The position numbers were made by a program, and so were the translations under genes. 64,000 nt of DNA from positions 270-64,269 of the forward strand of contig JAQTSO010000003.1 in the NCBI GenBank assembly GCA_028711215.1, read 5' to 3'. The notes under the pieces are model-generated. The model did no database searches, was not told the origin of the DNA, and saw only the letters and a list, made by a program, of their open reading frames with translations. This DNA comes from Endomicrobiaceae bacterium (GTDB lineage: Bacteria; Elusimicrobiota; Endomicrobiia; Endomicrobiales; Endomicrobiaceae). Below, one piece after another: positions 48,716-57,926 of the stretch (within the stretch, counting starts at the first letter, position 1; each line of letters opens with the position of its first letter).

Positions 48716-49375
48716 ATGATTAAACAATTTTATTTTATGGATAATTATATTTTTGATTTAGATGGAACTTTAGTTGATTCGTCTTCAGAGATTTTACAAT
48801 GTCTTCAACAGGCACTGAACCAAAATTTTGTTGCGTATGACAAATCAAAGCTAAATACGGATATAATGGGCCCGTCATTAAGGGAAATTATCAAACTTGT
48901 TGTGCCGGAATTAAATGATGAAAAGATTATAAATAGTGTTGTTGCAAGATACAGGTTTTTATATGATTATAATAACAAGGATTCATCCAAATTATATGCC
49001 GGTATATTTGATTGGCTTGAATGTTTGATAAAAGAAAATAAAAAAATATTTATAGCTACAAATAAGCCTAAAGTGCCAACAATGAGATTGGTTAGTAGTT
49101 TAAATATAAATTTCTTTAATGATATTCTTACGCCTGATAAATATTCACAAGACAAGAGATTAAATAAACAAGAGATGATTGAAGATATAATAATAAAACA
49201 CAAACTTTGCAAAGAAAAAACAGTTATGATTGGAGATGTTTTAAGTGATATTAATTCGGCACATAGTGCAGGTATAAAAGTAGTAGGGGCTCTTTGGGGT
49301 TACGCCAAAGATATTAATTCGCTAAAAGAAACTGCAGATTTCGTATTAGATAAACCGACAGGAATAATACAATGA
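48716..49375 (+). CDS. HAD-superfamily hydrolase, subfamily IA (phosphoglycolate-phosphatase-like)
   Basis: 219 aa. GGAGGA box upstream. Motif I IFDLDGTLVDS, motif II ATNK and motif IV IGDVLSD. Confidence 0.8.
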   Translation: MIKQFYFMDNYIFDLDGTLVDSSSEILQCLQQALNQNFVAYDKSKLNTDIMGPSLREIIKLVVPELNDEKIINSVVARYRFLYDYNNKDSSKLYAGIFDWLECLIKENKKIFIATNKPKVPTMRLVSSLNINFFNDILTPDKYSQDKRLNKQEMIEDIIIKHKLCKEKTVMIGDVLSDINSAHSAGIKVVGALWGYAKDINSLKETADFVLDKPTGIIQ

Positions 49376-51153
49376 TTAAGATTTCTGATTATATTGCCAA
49401 AAGGCTTAAAGAAGTTTATAAAATTAAACATTTTTTTATTGTTTCAGGTGGCGGAGCTATGCACCTTAATGATAGTTTGGGTAAATATATATCTTATATT
49501 TGTAATCATAATGAACAAGCTAGTGCTATTGCTGCGGAAGGATATGCCAGATTTAACCAACAATTGGCAGTTGTAAATGTTACGACTGGTCCCGGCGGGC
49601 TTAATTGTTTAAACGGTGTATTCGGACAGTGGACAGACTCTGTCCCTGTATTGTATATCTCAGGTCAGGTAAAATATTCAACAACGATTGCTTCATGTAA
49701 AAATATTGCCTTAAGACAATTAGGTGATCAGGAAGTTGATATTATCAGTGTTGTAAAACCATTAACAAAATATGCTGTTATGATAACAAATCCAAACGAG
49801 ATAAAATATCATTTGGATAAGGCAATATATAAAGCAATGCATGGTAGATTTGGACCAGTTTGGATTGATATTCCTATGAATGTTCAATCTGCAATGATTG
49901 ATGAATCTAAACTTAAGAAATATGATTTTAAAGAAGATAAATTAGAGTTACCGAATATAGATAAACAAATTAATAAATTGAAAAATCTTTTTAAAAAATC
50001 TAAATATCCTTTAATTATTGCAGGTCATGGAATCAGACTTTCAAATGCGAAAAATGATTTTTTAAACTTAGTAAACAAATTGAATATACCTGTGCTAACA
50101 ACTGTTAACGGTTTTGATATAATCCCTAAAGATAATTCTAATTTTATGGCTAGAATAGGAACAGTTGGTAACAGAGCCGGTAACTTTATACTTCAAAATT
50201 CTGATTTAATTATTTCAATAGGTTCAAGGAATAATATCAGGCAGATAAGTTATAATTGGGAAAATTTCGCTAAAAATGCAAAGTTAATAATAGTTGATAT
50301 AGATAAAAATGAACTTCAAAAACCAACACTCAAACCGTATTTGAAAATTCATGCGGACGCTAAAGATTTTATCAAAAAATTTACAAATAAAGTAAACAAG
50401 AAAGATTTTTCAAGCTGGAATAATTTTTGTAATGCCATGAAAAACAAATACTTTCCGATGTCTGAAACAAAAATATTAAAACATAAACCTATAGAGCCGT
50501 ATTATTTTATTAACGAAATGACAAAATGTTTTAAAGATGATGAAATTGTCATAGGAGGCAATGGGTCGGCTTTTTTGTTGCCTTTTCAAGTGGGAGAAGT
50601 TAAAAGGAATCAAAGATATATATGGAATTCAGGAAATGCTTCAATGGGATATGATTTGCCGGCTTCAATAGGAGCATGTATAGCCAATAAGAAAAAAAGA
50701 GTTGTTTGTTTGGCTGGAGACGGTTCTATTATGATGAATTTGCAGGAACTGCAAACTATAAAAAGTTACAATATGCCGGTTAAAATATTTGTATTGAATA
50801 ATAACGGATATATTTCCATACAACAAACACAAAATAATTTTTTTAACGGAAGATTAACAGCATGTTCAATAAAAAGCGGAGTGACGTTGCCTGACTTTAT
50901 AAAAATAGGCAAAGCTTTTAATTTAAAAACAGTACGAATAAATACAGTTAAACGCATGAAAGAACAAATCAAACGTGTGTTAGAATATAACGGACCTATT
51001 TTATGTGAAGTGTTTTTAAACCACGACTATATATTTACTCCTAAATTATCTGCAAAAAAACTTCCTGACGGAACAATGATTTCGCCAAGTTTGGAAGATA
51101 TGTTTCCGTTTTTAGACAGGAAAGAATTTGAGGAAAATATAATAAAACGATGA
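49372..51153 (+). CDS. thiamine-diphosphate-dependent enzyme of the acetolactate synthase/YerE family
   Basis: 593 aa, three-domain ALS-like length. Catalytic Glu context HNEQASAIAAEGYAR and ThDP/Mg motif GDG-x24-NN (GDGSIMMNLQ...VLNNNG). Embedded in the sugar operon. Confidence 0.85.
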   Translation: MIKISDYIAKRLKEVYKIKHFFIVSGGGAMHLNDSLGKYISYICNHNEQASAIAAEGYARFNQQLAVVNVTTGPGGLNCLNGVFGQWTDSVPVLYISGQVKYSTTIASCKNIALRQLGDQEVDIISVVKPLTKYAVMITNPNEIKYHLDKAIYKAMHGRFGPVWIDIPMNVQSAMIDESKLKKYDFKEDKLELPNIDKQINKLKNLFKKSKYPLIIAGHGIRLSNAKNDFLNLVNKLNIPVLTTVNGFDIIPKDNSNFMARIGTVGNRAGNFILQNSDLIISIGSRNNIRQISYNWENFAKNAKLIIVDIDKNELQKPTLKPYLKIHADAKDFIKKFTNKVNKKDFSSWNNFCNAMKNKYFPMSETKILKHKPIEPYYFINEMTKCFKDDEIVIGGNGSAFLLPFQVGEVKRNQRYIWNSGNASMGYDLPASIGACIANKKKRVVCLAGDGSIMMNLQELQTIKSYNMPVKIFVLNNNGYISIQQTQNNFFNGRLTACSIKSGVTLPDFIKIGKAFNLKTVRINTVKRMKEQIKRVLEYNGPILCEVFLNHDYIFTPKLSAKKLPDGTMISPSLEDMFPFLDRKEFEENIIKR

Positions 51154-52016
51154 GCGGATGTATTATTTGTGATCATAAATATTTAACGAAGATAAAAGCT
51201 TATTTTGTTCCTTTTTTAGTTGAGAGGATGTTTGATGGACAAAATTTTTCAACAGATCTAGTTCATTGTAAATGTTGTGGAGTCTATTACTCAAGTTATA
51301 GACCTACATTAGAACAAATGGAAAAACTATATATTGGATATAGAAATGATGTTTATCAACAACAAAGATTTAAATTTGAAAAAGAGTATACAGAAGAATT
51401 TAATTATTTCTTGGGACATAATATAAATGAATTGAATATGCGGAAACATAATTTGTTTGATATTTTTAAAAACAATATTGATATTTCAAAAATTAGGAGT
51501 GTGCTTGATTTTGGAGGTGATAGAGGACAATTTATTCCAGACCAATTAACTAATATAAATAAATATGTTTATGAAATTTCTGATGTTAATACAGTTAATG
51601 GTGTTAAAAAAATTTCAAAAGAGGCGGAGTTGTTAAAATATAAATATGATTTGATCATGTGTTGTCATGTATTGGAACACGTTTCATATCCGATGGAAAT
51701 AATAAACAAATTAATAAACTTGATGAAAAAAGGAAATTATTTATATATAGAAGTTCCATATGAAGATTATTGGTTACCAAAAACAATAAAAATTTGGATA
51801 AAAGAACAAATAAAAAAACAATTAATATTTTTGGGATTAAATTATCCTTTGCAACCAATTCCGATTCACGAACATATGAATATGTTTAGAAAACAAACTT
51901 TTAAAAAAATATTTAAAAGTAAAAAGTTTAATATTATTTATCTGCAATTAAATGAAGATAAAAATATTTCTGGAGTAAAAAAAACTATAAGATGTTTAGT
52001 CCAAAAATTGTTTTGA
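51150..52016 (+). CDS. class I SAM-dependent methyltransferase with N-terminal Cys4 zinc-ribbon-like segment
   Basis: 288 aa. CIIC...CKCC pairs, SAM motif I VLDFGGDRG, and a post-I/II pattern (LIMCCHVLEHV...LMKKGNYLYIEVP). Confidence 0.8.
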   Translation: MSGCIICDHKYLTKIKAYFVPFLVERMFDGQNFSTDLVHCKCCGVYYSSYRPTLEQMEKLYIGYRNDVYQQQRFKFEKEYTEEFNYFLGHNINELNMRKHNLFDIFKNNIDISKIRSVLDFGGDRGQFIPDQLTNINKYVYEISDVNTVNGVKKISKEAELLKYKYDLIMCCHVLEHVSYPMEIINKLINLMKKGNYLYIEVPYEDYWLPKTIKIWIKEQIKKQLIFLGLNYPLQPIPIHEHMNMFRKQTFKKIFKSKKFNIIYLQLNEDKNISGVKKTIRCLVQKLF

Positions 52017-52102
52017 TTACATACGACGGTATCGTTTGAATGTAAATAAATGAAATTTTCTATAAAAACAGTGGTATTTATTAGGAGTAATGTATAAAAC
52101 CT

Positions 52103-53158
52103 ATGAATCTTATAAATAGTCTTCAAGTTTTCTTAATAACATATAACAGAAAAAAATATCTGCAAAGAACTTTTGACCAGATTTTTGCAGATAATTCTCC
52201 AATAAAAGAGTTAGATATAACAATTCTTAATAATAAATCTGATGACGGGACATCTGAACTTATTGAACAATACAGACAAAAATTCCCAAATATAAAACAT
52301 ATAATTCATAATCATAATATAGGCGGCAATGCAAATATTGTCAGAGCTTTTGAGTACGCAATTAAAGAATATGTATGGGTATTATGTGATGATGATATCT
52401 ATGATTGGACTAATTGGAAAGAAGTTGAAAGTGCAATTTATAGGCAAGAAGACATTATTTGTGTTTCAAAGTATGCTATTGATGATGATGTAAGTATAGA
52501 ATCTCAAATTTTACAATTAACTTTTGTACCGGCCGGTATATTTAAAACATCAACACTAAACAAAGGTATAATTAGAAGCATGTATGATCAGATTTATGCT
52601 TTTTTTCCACACTTGGTGCCGACCATTTTTACAATAAATAATAAAAATAGAATTTGTGTGTTGGATAGGGCAGTAGTTTATAACGGGATGGAATTAAAAA
52701 ATACTGATTGTAGTTATACAAGAGGCTCAAATTTAGAATGTTTGTCAGACAGAACAAAAGCAATGTCGTGGATAGTTGCATATGCAAATTTATGTTCAAT
52801 GATAAAAGATATAAAGCTGAAACATAAGGCTATATATAAAGCAATAAAATATATACACGGAAATTTTCGGCAATTTAGCAAAGATATGGTATATTTGTAT
52901 TTAGACGAGCAGAATTGGATGCATTTTTGGGATATATATTGGCAATTAGATACAAAAAACAGATTTAAATTATTAACTTTTTTTATTTTTAAAATGCTTT
53001 TTAGTATGCATGCGGCACATAATAATTTTTTTATTATAAGAATTTTTGGCATTAAAGTTAAATTTAAAAAAAATGAAGATGACAATTTTAAGATAATAAA
53101 TTGTTTCGGCATAAAAATAAAGAAAAATAAAAAAAGTGGTAAAATTTTTTTACAATAG
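52103..53158 (+). CDS. glycosyltransferase family 2
   Basis: 351 aa. LITYNRKKYL start, NNKSDDGT and DxD-type LCDDD motifs. Confidence 0.8.
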   Translation: MNLINSLQVFLITYNRKKYLQRTFDQIFADNSPIKELDITILNNKSDDGTSELIEQYRQKFPNIKHIIHNHNIGGNANIVRAFEYAIKEYVWVLCDDDIYDWTNWKEVESAIYRQEDIICVSKYAIDDDVSIESQILQLTFVPAGIFKTSTLNKGIIRSMYDQIYAFFPHLVPTIFTINNKNRICVLDRAVVYNGMELKNTDCSYTRGSNLECLSDRTKAMSWIVAYANLCSMIKDIKLKHKAIYKAIKYIHGNFRQFSKDMVYLYLDEQNWMHFWDIYWQLDTKNRFKLLTFFIFKMLFSMHAAHNNFFIIRIFGIKVKFKKNEDDNFKIINCFGIKIKKNKKSGKIFLQ

Positions 53159-53162
53159 GAAA

Positions 53163-54194
53163 ATGATGAATATGCCCTTATTATCAATTTGTATACCAAC
53201 TTACAATAGATCTGAGAGCCTGCTTCAAACTGTGGAATCGATTATTAATAGTGATGGATTTGATGAGAAAGTTGAAATTGTAATATCAGATAATTGTTCA
53301 ACTGATGATACGGAACAAATATGCAGAGATTATACGAATAAATATAATAATGTAAAATATTACAGGCAATTAAAACCTACGAATATAGCAGATGAAAATT
53401 TTATAGATGCCTTATCTTTTGCTACTGGAAAATATATAAAACTTAATAATGACACAGCTCCTTTTAAAGCTAATACACTTCAATTTTTTTTGAACAAAAT
53501 TCAAGAGTCTTTAGCAGACGGACGGCAATTGCTGTTTATTGCTGATATTCATCATAAGAAATTTATTAGCAGGGAAAAATTTTACAATAAAAAAATTAAA
53601 GCATATCTGACTGAAAATCTTGATGATTTTATTGATATTGTTTCTACAAGTGTTACATGGATTACAAATTTTGGCTGTTGGAAAGAACAATTTACAGCTA
53701 TTGTCGATAAAAAAAGGTTTATAAAGGCTTCTTTTATGCAGGTTGATTGGACATTGAAATTAAGAACGGAAATAAATAGTACAAGTATTTATATAGATGA
53801 TTTTTATGATACCATAAATGTCAGAAAAACCAATAAGGTTGATTTTGTTAGAGTTCATTGTAATCGCTATCTTTCAATATATAAATTTTATCTTGAACAA
53901 AAATTGATAAAAAAAGAAACTTTTGAAAGAGAGAAGAAAAGAACTTTGTTTAATGTTATACTGCCGATAACGACAGCTGCTAAAGTTTCAAAGAACGATT
54001 TTTATTCGTTTGAAGGTTTCTTTTGCAGTTTAAAAGAGGAATATAGAGACAATTTATATTTTTATTATGCGATTTATGTGCTGCTCCCATGTTATATTGT
54101 ATATTGGACTTTAAGACGTGTTTTAAGAAAGATGATACAAAAAATTTCCTATGTGTTATACTTGAAGATAGCAAAAACTGTAAATGGAAAATAA
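53163..54194 (+). CDS. glycosyltransferase family 2
   Basis: Start at ATG 53163 (AGGA upstream) gives MMNMPLLSICIPTYNRSESL. SDNCSTDDT motif present. The longer track ORF (53136) would overlap the upstream gene. Confidence 0.8.
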   Translation: MMNMPLLSICIPTYNRSESLLQTVESIINSDGFDEKVEIVISDNCSTDDTEQICRDYTNKYNNVKYYRQLKPTNIADENFIDALSFATGKYIKLNNDTAPFKANTLQFFLNKIQESLADGRQLLFIADIHHKKFISREKFYNKKIKAYLTENLDDFIDIVSTSVTWITNFGCWKEQFTAIVDKKRFIKASFMQVDWTLKLRTEINSTSIYIDDFYDTINVRKTNKVDFVRVHCNRYLSIYKFYLEQKLIKKETFEREKKRTLFNVILPITTAAKVSKNDFYSFEGFFCSLKEEYRDNLYFYYAIYVLLPCYIVYWTLRRVLRKMIQKISYVLYLKIAKTVNGK

Positions 54195-55170
54195 AATGCA
54201 AGTTTCAATAATAATAGTCAATTATAAAACGAAAGAGTTAGCAAAAGATGCGATACAATCTGTGTTTGATAAGACAGAAGGTATTAATTATGAAATTATT
54301 GTAATAGATAATAATTCAAAAGACGGTTCTGTTGAATATTTAAAAAATCAATTCAAAGATAAAATAGAAGTTATAGATGCCGGTAAGAATCTTGGTTTTG
54401 GAGGAGGAAATAATATCGGAATCAGAAAAGCAAAAGGCAAATATATATTTTTATTAAATCCTGATACAAAACTGATAAACAATGCAATTAAAATACTTTA
54501 TGATTATATGGAACAAAATGAAGATGTTGGAGCATGTTGTGGAAATTTGTATGATGAAAATATGAATCCTGTTTTATCTTTTTCAATGAGAAAGTCAACG
54601 ATCTTTTCGTATTTATATACAAAATATTCACACATTATTTCCAAAATTGGAACTTTAAATAAAAACAAACTTTATAATTACTTTAATTACGGAGATAAGA
54701 TAAAAGATGTTGGATATGTTTCCGGTGCTGATATGTTTATAAGGAAATCGGTTCTTGACAAGTCGGGTTTATTTGACGAAGACATATTTATGTACGGAGA
54801 TGACATTGATTTAAGTTACAGAATTAGTAAATCAGGTTTTAAACTGAAATCAATCCCACAGGCAAAAATTATACATTTAGAGAGTAAATCAACAAAAAAT
54901 TTTCAGGAAAAATTTAAAAAAAGTTTGAACGGCGAATACAGATTTTATTTTAATGCGTATGGATATAAAACAATAGTTTTTTTTATTGAAATGCAGTTGT
55001 TTAATATAATAAAATTAGTTGTGTGCTGTGTTTTACCAAAAAAAATATTAAAAAAAATATTTCATAATGCTTATACATTTAATGATTACATAGAAATGAT
55101 TAAAAATAATTCTGATGAATATGCTAATGCAAAAAAACAATATATGCAAAATTTGAAAAATAAAAAATGA
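54184..55170 (+). CDS. glycosyltransferase family 2 (rhamnosyltransferase-like)
   Basis: 328 aa. VSIIIVNYKT, IDNNSKDGS, NLGFGGGNN and SGADMFIRK motifs. An alternative start at 54196 is equally possible. Confidence 0.82.
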   Translation: MENKMQVSIIIVNYKTKELAKDAIQSVFDKTEGINYEIIVIDNNSKDGSVEYLKNQFKDKIEVIDAGKNLGFGGGNNIGIRKAKGKYIFLLNPDTKLINNAIKILYDYMEQNEDVGACCGNLYDENMNPVLSFSMRKSTIFSYLYTKYSHIISKIGTLNKNKLYNYFNYGDKIKDVGYVSGADMFIRKSVLDKSGLFDEDIFMYGDDIDLSYRISKSGFKLKSIPQAKIIHLESKSTKNFQEKFKKSLNGEYRFYFNAYGYKTIVFFIEMQLFNIIKLVVCCVLPKKILKKIFHNAYTFNDYIEMIKNNSDEYANAKKQYMQNLKNKK

Positions 55171-56105
55171 AAATTTCAATAGCTTTATGCACCTATAACG
55201 GAGCAGAATATCTTGCGGAACAGCTAAAAAGTTTAACAGAACAAACTTTAAAGGCTGATGAAGTTATTATTTGCGATGATAATTCTTCAGATAATACAGT
55301 TAATATTATTAATGAATACAAAGATAAACTCAATATAAAACTGAATATAAACGAAGCAAATCTCGGAGTGACAAAAAATTTTGAACAGGCAATATCTTTA
55401 TGTAGCGGAGATATCATATTTTTATGTGATCAGGATGATGGATGGCATAAAGACAAAATCAAAATAATGGCAGAGAAAATGCAGGATGAAAAAATAGGTT
55501 TGTGTTATTGCAACGGGATAGTTGCGGATGTAAATCTTAAACAAATAGAGGATTATACTTTATGGAATACATCAGGTCTTTCAAAAGTCAATTTAAATGA
55601 ATTCAATTCTTATAATCTTGTAAATAATTGTTATTTTACCGGTATGGCATTATGTTTTAGAAAAAACTTAAAAAAATATTTTTTGCCTCTAAGCAAAAAT
55701 GCGGTTCATGATGAATGGATTGCTTTTATAATTTCCTATATATCAAAAATTGCCTTTGTGGAAGAGAATCTTGTCATTTACAGACAACATTCAAAACAGC
55801 ATATAGGTATTAATTCAATAAAATCCTCAAAAGATATATGGAGATTTTTGCGTGCTTGTAAAATATCAAACATAGAAAAAGAAGTCGGCAGATTTACAGA
55901 TTTAACCGCTAAAATGAAAGAACTTAACGCCGAAAAAGAACTGATAACAAAACTTGAAAAAAAATTAAAACATTTAAAATGCCGTGCTTCAAGAAGTGTA
56001 TTCAGATTTGCAATTTTAATTTCGGAGTTGGTTTGCGGTAAATATAAAAAACATTCAAACGGCGGATATAAAGCCTTTGTAAAAGATTTATTTGCCGGGA
56101 AGTAA
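55167..56105 (+). CDS. glycosyltransferase family 2
   Basis: 312 aa. ISIALCTYNGAEYL, CDDNSSDNT and CDQDD motifs. Start overlaps the upstream stop (ATGA). Confidence 0.82.
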   Translation: MKISIALCTYNGAEYLAEQLKSLTEQTLKADEVIICDDNSSDNTVNIINEYKDKLNIKLNINEANLGVTKNFEQAISLCSGDIIFLCDQDDGWHKDKIKIMAEKMQDEKIGLCYCNGIVADVNLKQIEDYTLWNTSGLSKVNLNEFNSYNLVNNCYFTGMALCFRKNLKKYFLPLSKNAVHDEWIAFIISYISKIAFVEENLVIYRQHSKQHIGINSIKSSKDIWRFLRACKISNIEKEVGRFTDLTAKMKELNAEKELITKLEKKLKHLKCRASRSVFRFAILISELVCGKYKKHSNGGYKAFVKDLFAGK

Positions 56106-56163
56106 GATATTATATTCTAATTTTGTATAATAAAGTATAAATTTATTTCTCAGGTGTTCAAAA

Positions 56164-57888
56164 ATGTTAGATATCTTAAAAAAACTAAACGCACTTTTTA
56201 ATACGAAACAAAAGATAAAATTTTCAATTTTATTTATAGGTATTTTTGTTGCGTCAATTTTGGAGTTAATAGGCGTTTCGTTGGTTTTGCCTCTTATCGG
56301 CGTTGTTATGGATAACTCAATAATAGAAAGGAACACGGTCTTAAAACATATATATGACTTTTTACATATCGGGTCTACCAGTCATTTTTTGATATTGATA
56401 TCGTTGTCTTTAATCGGCGTATACGTTCTGAAAAATCTTTACATGACGATTTTATACTATTTCCAGTACAGAATGGTTTTTAATGCCCAGAAACAAATGT
56501 CATTAAAATTGATGACATTTTATTTAAAACAGCCGTATGCTTATCATCTTAGTACAAATACTTCTGTAATAATCAGAAATGTAACCGGTGATGTTGCATA
56601 TTGTTTTACATTTTTAAATAATCTTTTCTTTTTCGTGTCGGAATTTTCGGTTGTTTGTCTTTTAATAGCATTTTTGTTTTTTGTAAATAAACTGATAACG
56701 CTTTCATTAATAGCACTTTTTCTGTTAAGTTTTTTATTCCTGTTTAAAAAATTAAAAATTAAAATGTCTAAAGTCGGCGGAGATAATCAGCTTTATGCCG
56801 GTCTTATGATAAAATGGATAAACCAGGCTTTTGGTGCTGTCAAAGATATAAAAACACTTTCAAAAGAACAGTTTTTTCTTGATGAATATTATAAGAATTT
56901 AATCAAGTTTACTTCAGCTCAAAAATATTTCAATTTTTTACAGCAACTTCCGAGAATTTTTATAGAAACTTTGGTTATTTCGGTTGTTTTGCTTATGATA
57001 GTATATTTTTTATTAAAGGGAACCAATATCGTTTCAATTTTTACACAAATATCAGTATTTGCAATGGCATCTTTCAGAATGATGCCGTCGGTTAGTAGAA
57101 TTCAAAATGCCATGAATGCTATGATTTTTTACAAACCTTCCGTCAACATTTTATATAAGGATTTAGAAAGAACCCAATCCGTGGAATCAGTAGTGGAAGA
57201 TGAAAATAAAGAAATAAATCTCAAAAATGGAATATTGGCAACAAATATCAGTTATAGGTATCCTAATACGGACAAATTAATTTTTAAAAATTCTGAATTT
57301 AATATAAAATACGGGCAATCTGTGGCTTTTGTCGGAAAAACCGGTTCAGGAAAAACAACAATTGTTGATATAATACTCGGATTGTTAAAACCTGTAACGG
57401 GAAATGTTTTAGTCGGTGATATTGACATTTATAAAAATAAAAAAAGTTGGTCTAAAAAAGTAGGATATGTTCCGCAGTTTATATATTTAACAGATGATAC
57501 GATAAAAAACAATATTGTTTTTTACAATCAGGCAGATGTGGATGATAAAAAGCTTGACCAGGCAATTGAAAAAGCCCAGCTTAAGGAATTTATTGATAAT
57601 CTGCCTAATAGATTGGATACATTTGTCGGAGAAAGAGGAATTAGGCTTTCAGGCGGACAACGCCAAAGAATCGGTATTGCAAGAGCTTTATATAATGAGC
57701 CTGAAATTTTGGTGTTGGATGAGGCAACATCTTCACTTGACACTGATACTGAAAAAGCTGTTATGGATGCCATTGAAAATTTATATGGTAAGATAACTAT
57801 GATAATTGTTGCACACAGATTGACTACAATAGAAAAATGTGATGTTATATATAAAGTAGAAGATGGCAAGATTTCAAGAGAAAAATAA
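56164..57888 (+). CDS. half-size type I ABC exporter (TMD-NBD), PglK/Wzk/MsbA-like
   Basis: 574 aa. Six N-terminal TM segments, Walker A GKTGSGKTT, signature LSGGQRQRIGIARAL and Walker B ILVLDEATSSLD. Last gene of the glycan operon. Confidence 0.85.
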   Translation: MLDILKKLNALFNTKQKIKFSILFIGIFVASILELIGVSLVLPLIGVVMDNSIIERNTVLKHIYDFLHIGSTSHFLILISLSLIGVYVLKNLYMTILYYFQYRMVFNAQKQMSLKLMTFYLKQPYAYHLSTNTSVIIRNVTGDVAYCFTFLNNLFFFVSEFSVVCLLIAFLFFVNKLITLSLIALFLLSFLFLFKKLKIKMSKVGGDNQLYAGLMIKWINQAFGAVKDIKTLSKEQFFLDEYYKNLIKFTSAQKYFNFLQQLPRIFIETLVISVVLLMIVYFLLKGTNIVSIFTQISVFAMASFRMMPSVSRIQNAMNAMIFYKPSVNILYKDLERTQSVESVVEDENKEINLKNGILATNISYRYPNTDKLIFKNSEFNIKYGQSVAFVGKTGSGKTTIVDIILGLLKPVTGNVLVGDIDIYKNKKSWSKKVGYVPQFIYLTDDTIKNNIVFYNQADVDDKKLDQAIEKAQLKEFIDNLPNRLDTFVGERGIRLSGGQRQRIGIARALYNEPEILVLDEATSSLDTDTEKAVMDAIENLYGKITMIIVAHRLTTIEKCDVIYKVEDGKISREK

Positions 57889-57926
57889 AATATAAATTTT
57901 TGTTAATCAGAACATATTTAAAAAAC

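Noticed and set aside
47011-51153. Phosphonate pathway (PEP mutase plus phosphonopyruvate decarboxylase) or coenzyme-M-like sulfolactate pathway (ComA/ComB/ComDE) as an explanation for TIM barrel plus phosphatase plus ThDP enzyme.
   Set aside because: The TIM-barrel protein lacks the PEP-mutase EDK...KRCGH-type motif and does not resemble phosphosulfolactate synthase. The ThDP protein is full-length ALS-like (593 aa) rather than the shorter phosphonopyruvate/sulfopyruvate decarboxylases.
52990-53158. Internal repeat FGIKVKFKK / FGIKIKKNKK at the C-terminus of the first GT2.
   Set aside because: It is a short Lys-rich low-complexity tail in extremely A-rich DNA, most likely a compositional artefact or a simple amphipathic membrane-association tail rather than a distinct element.
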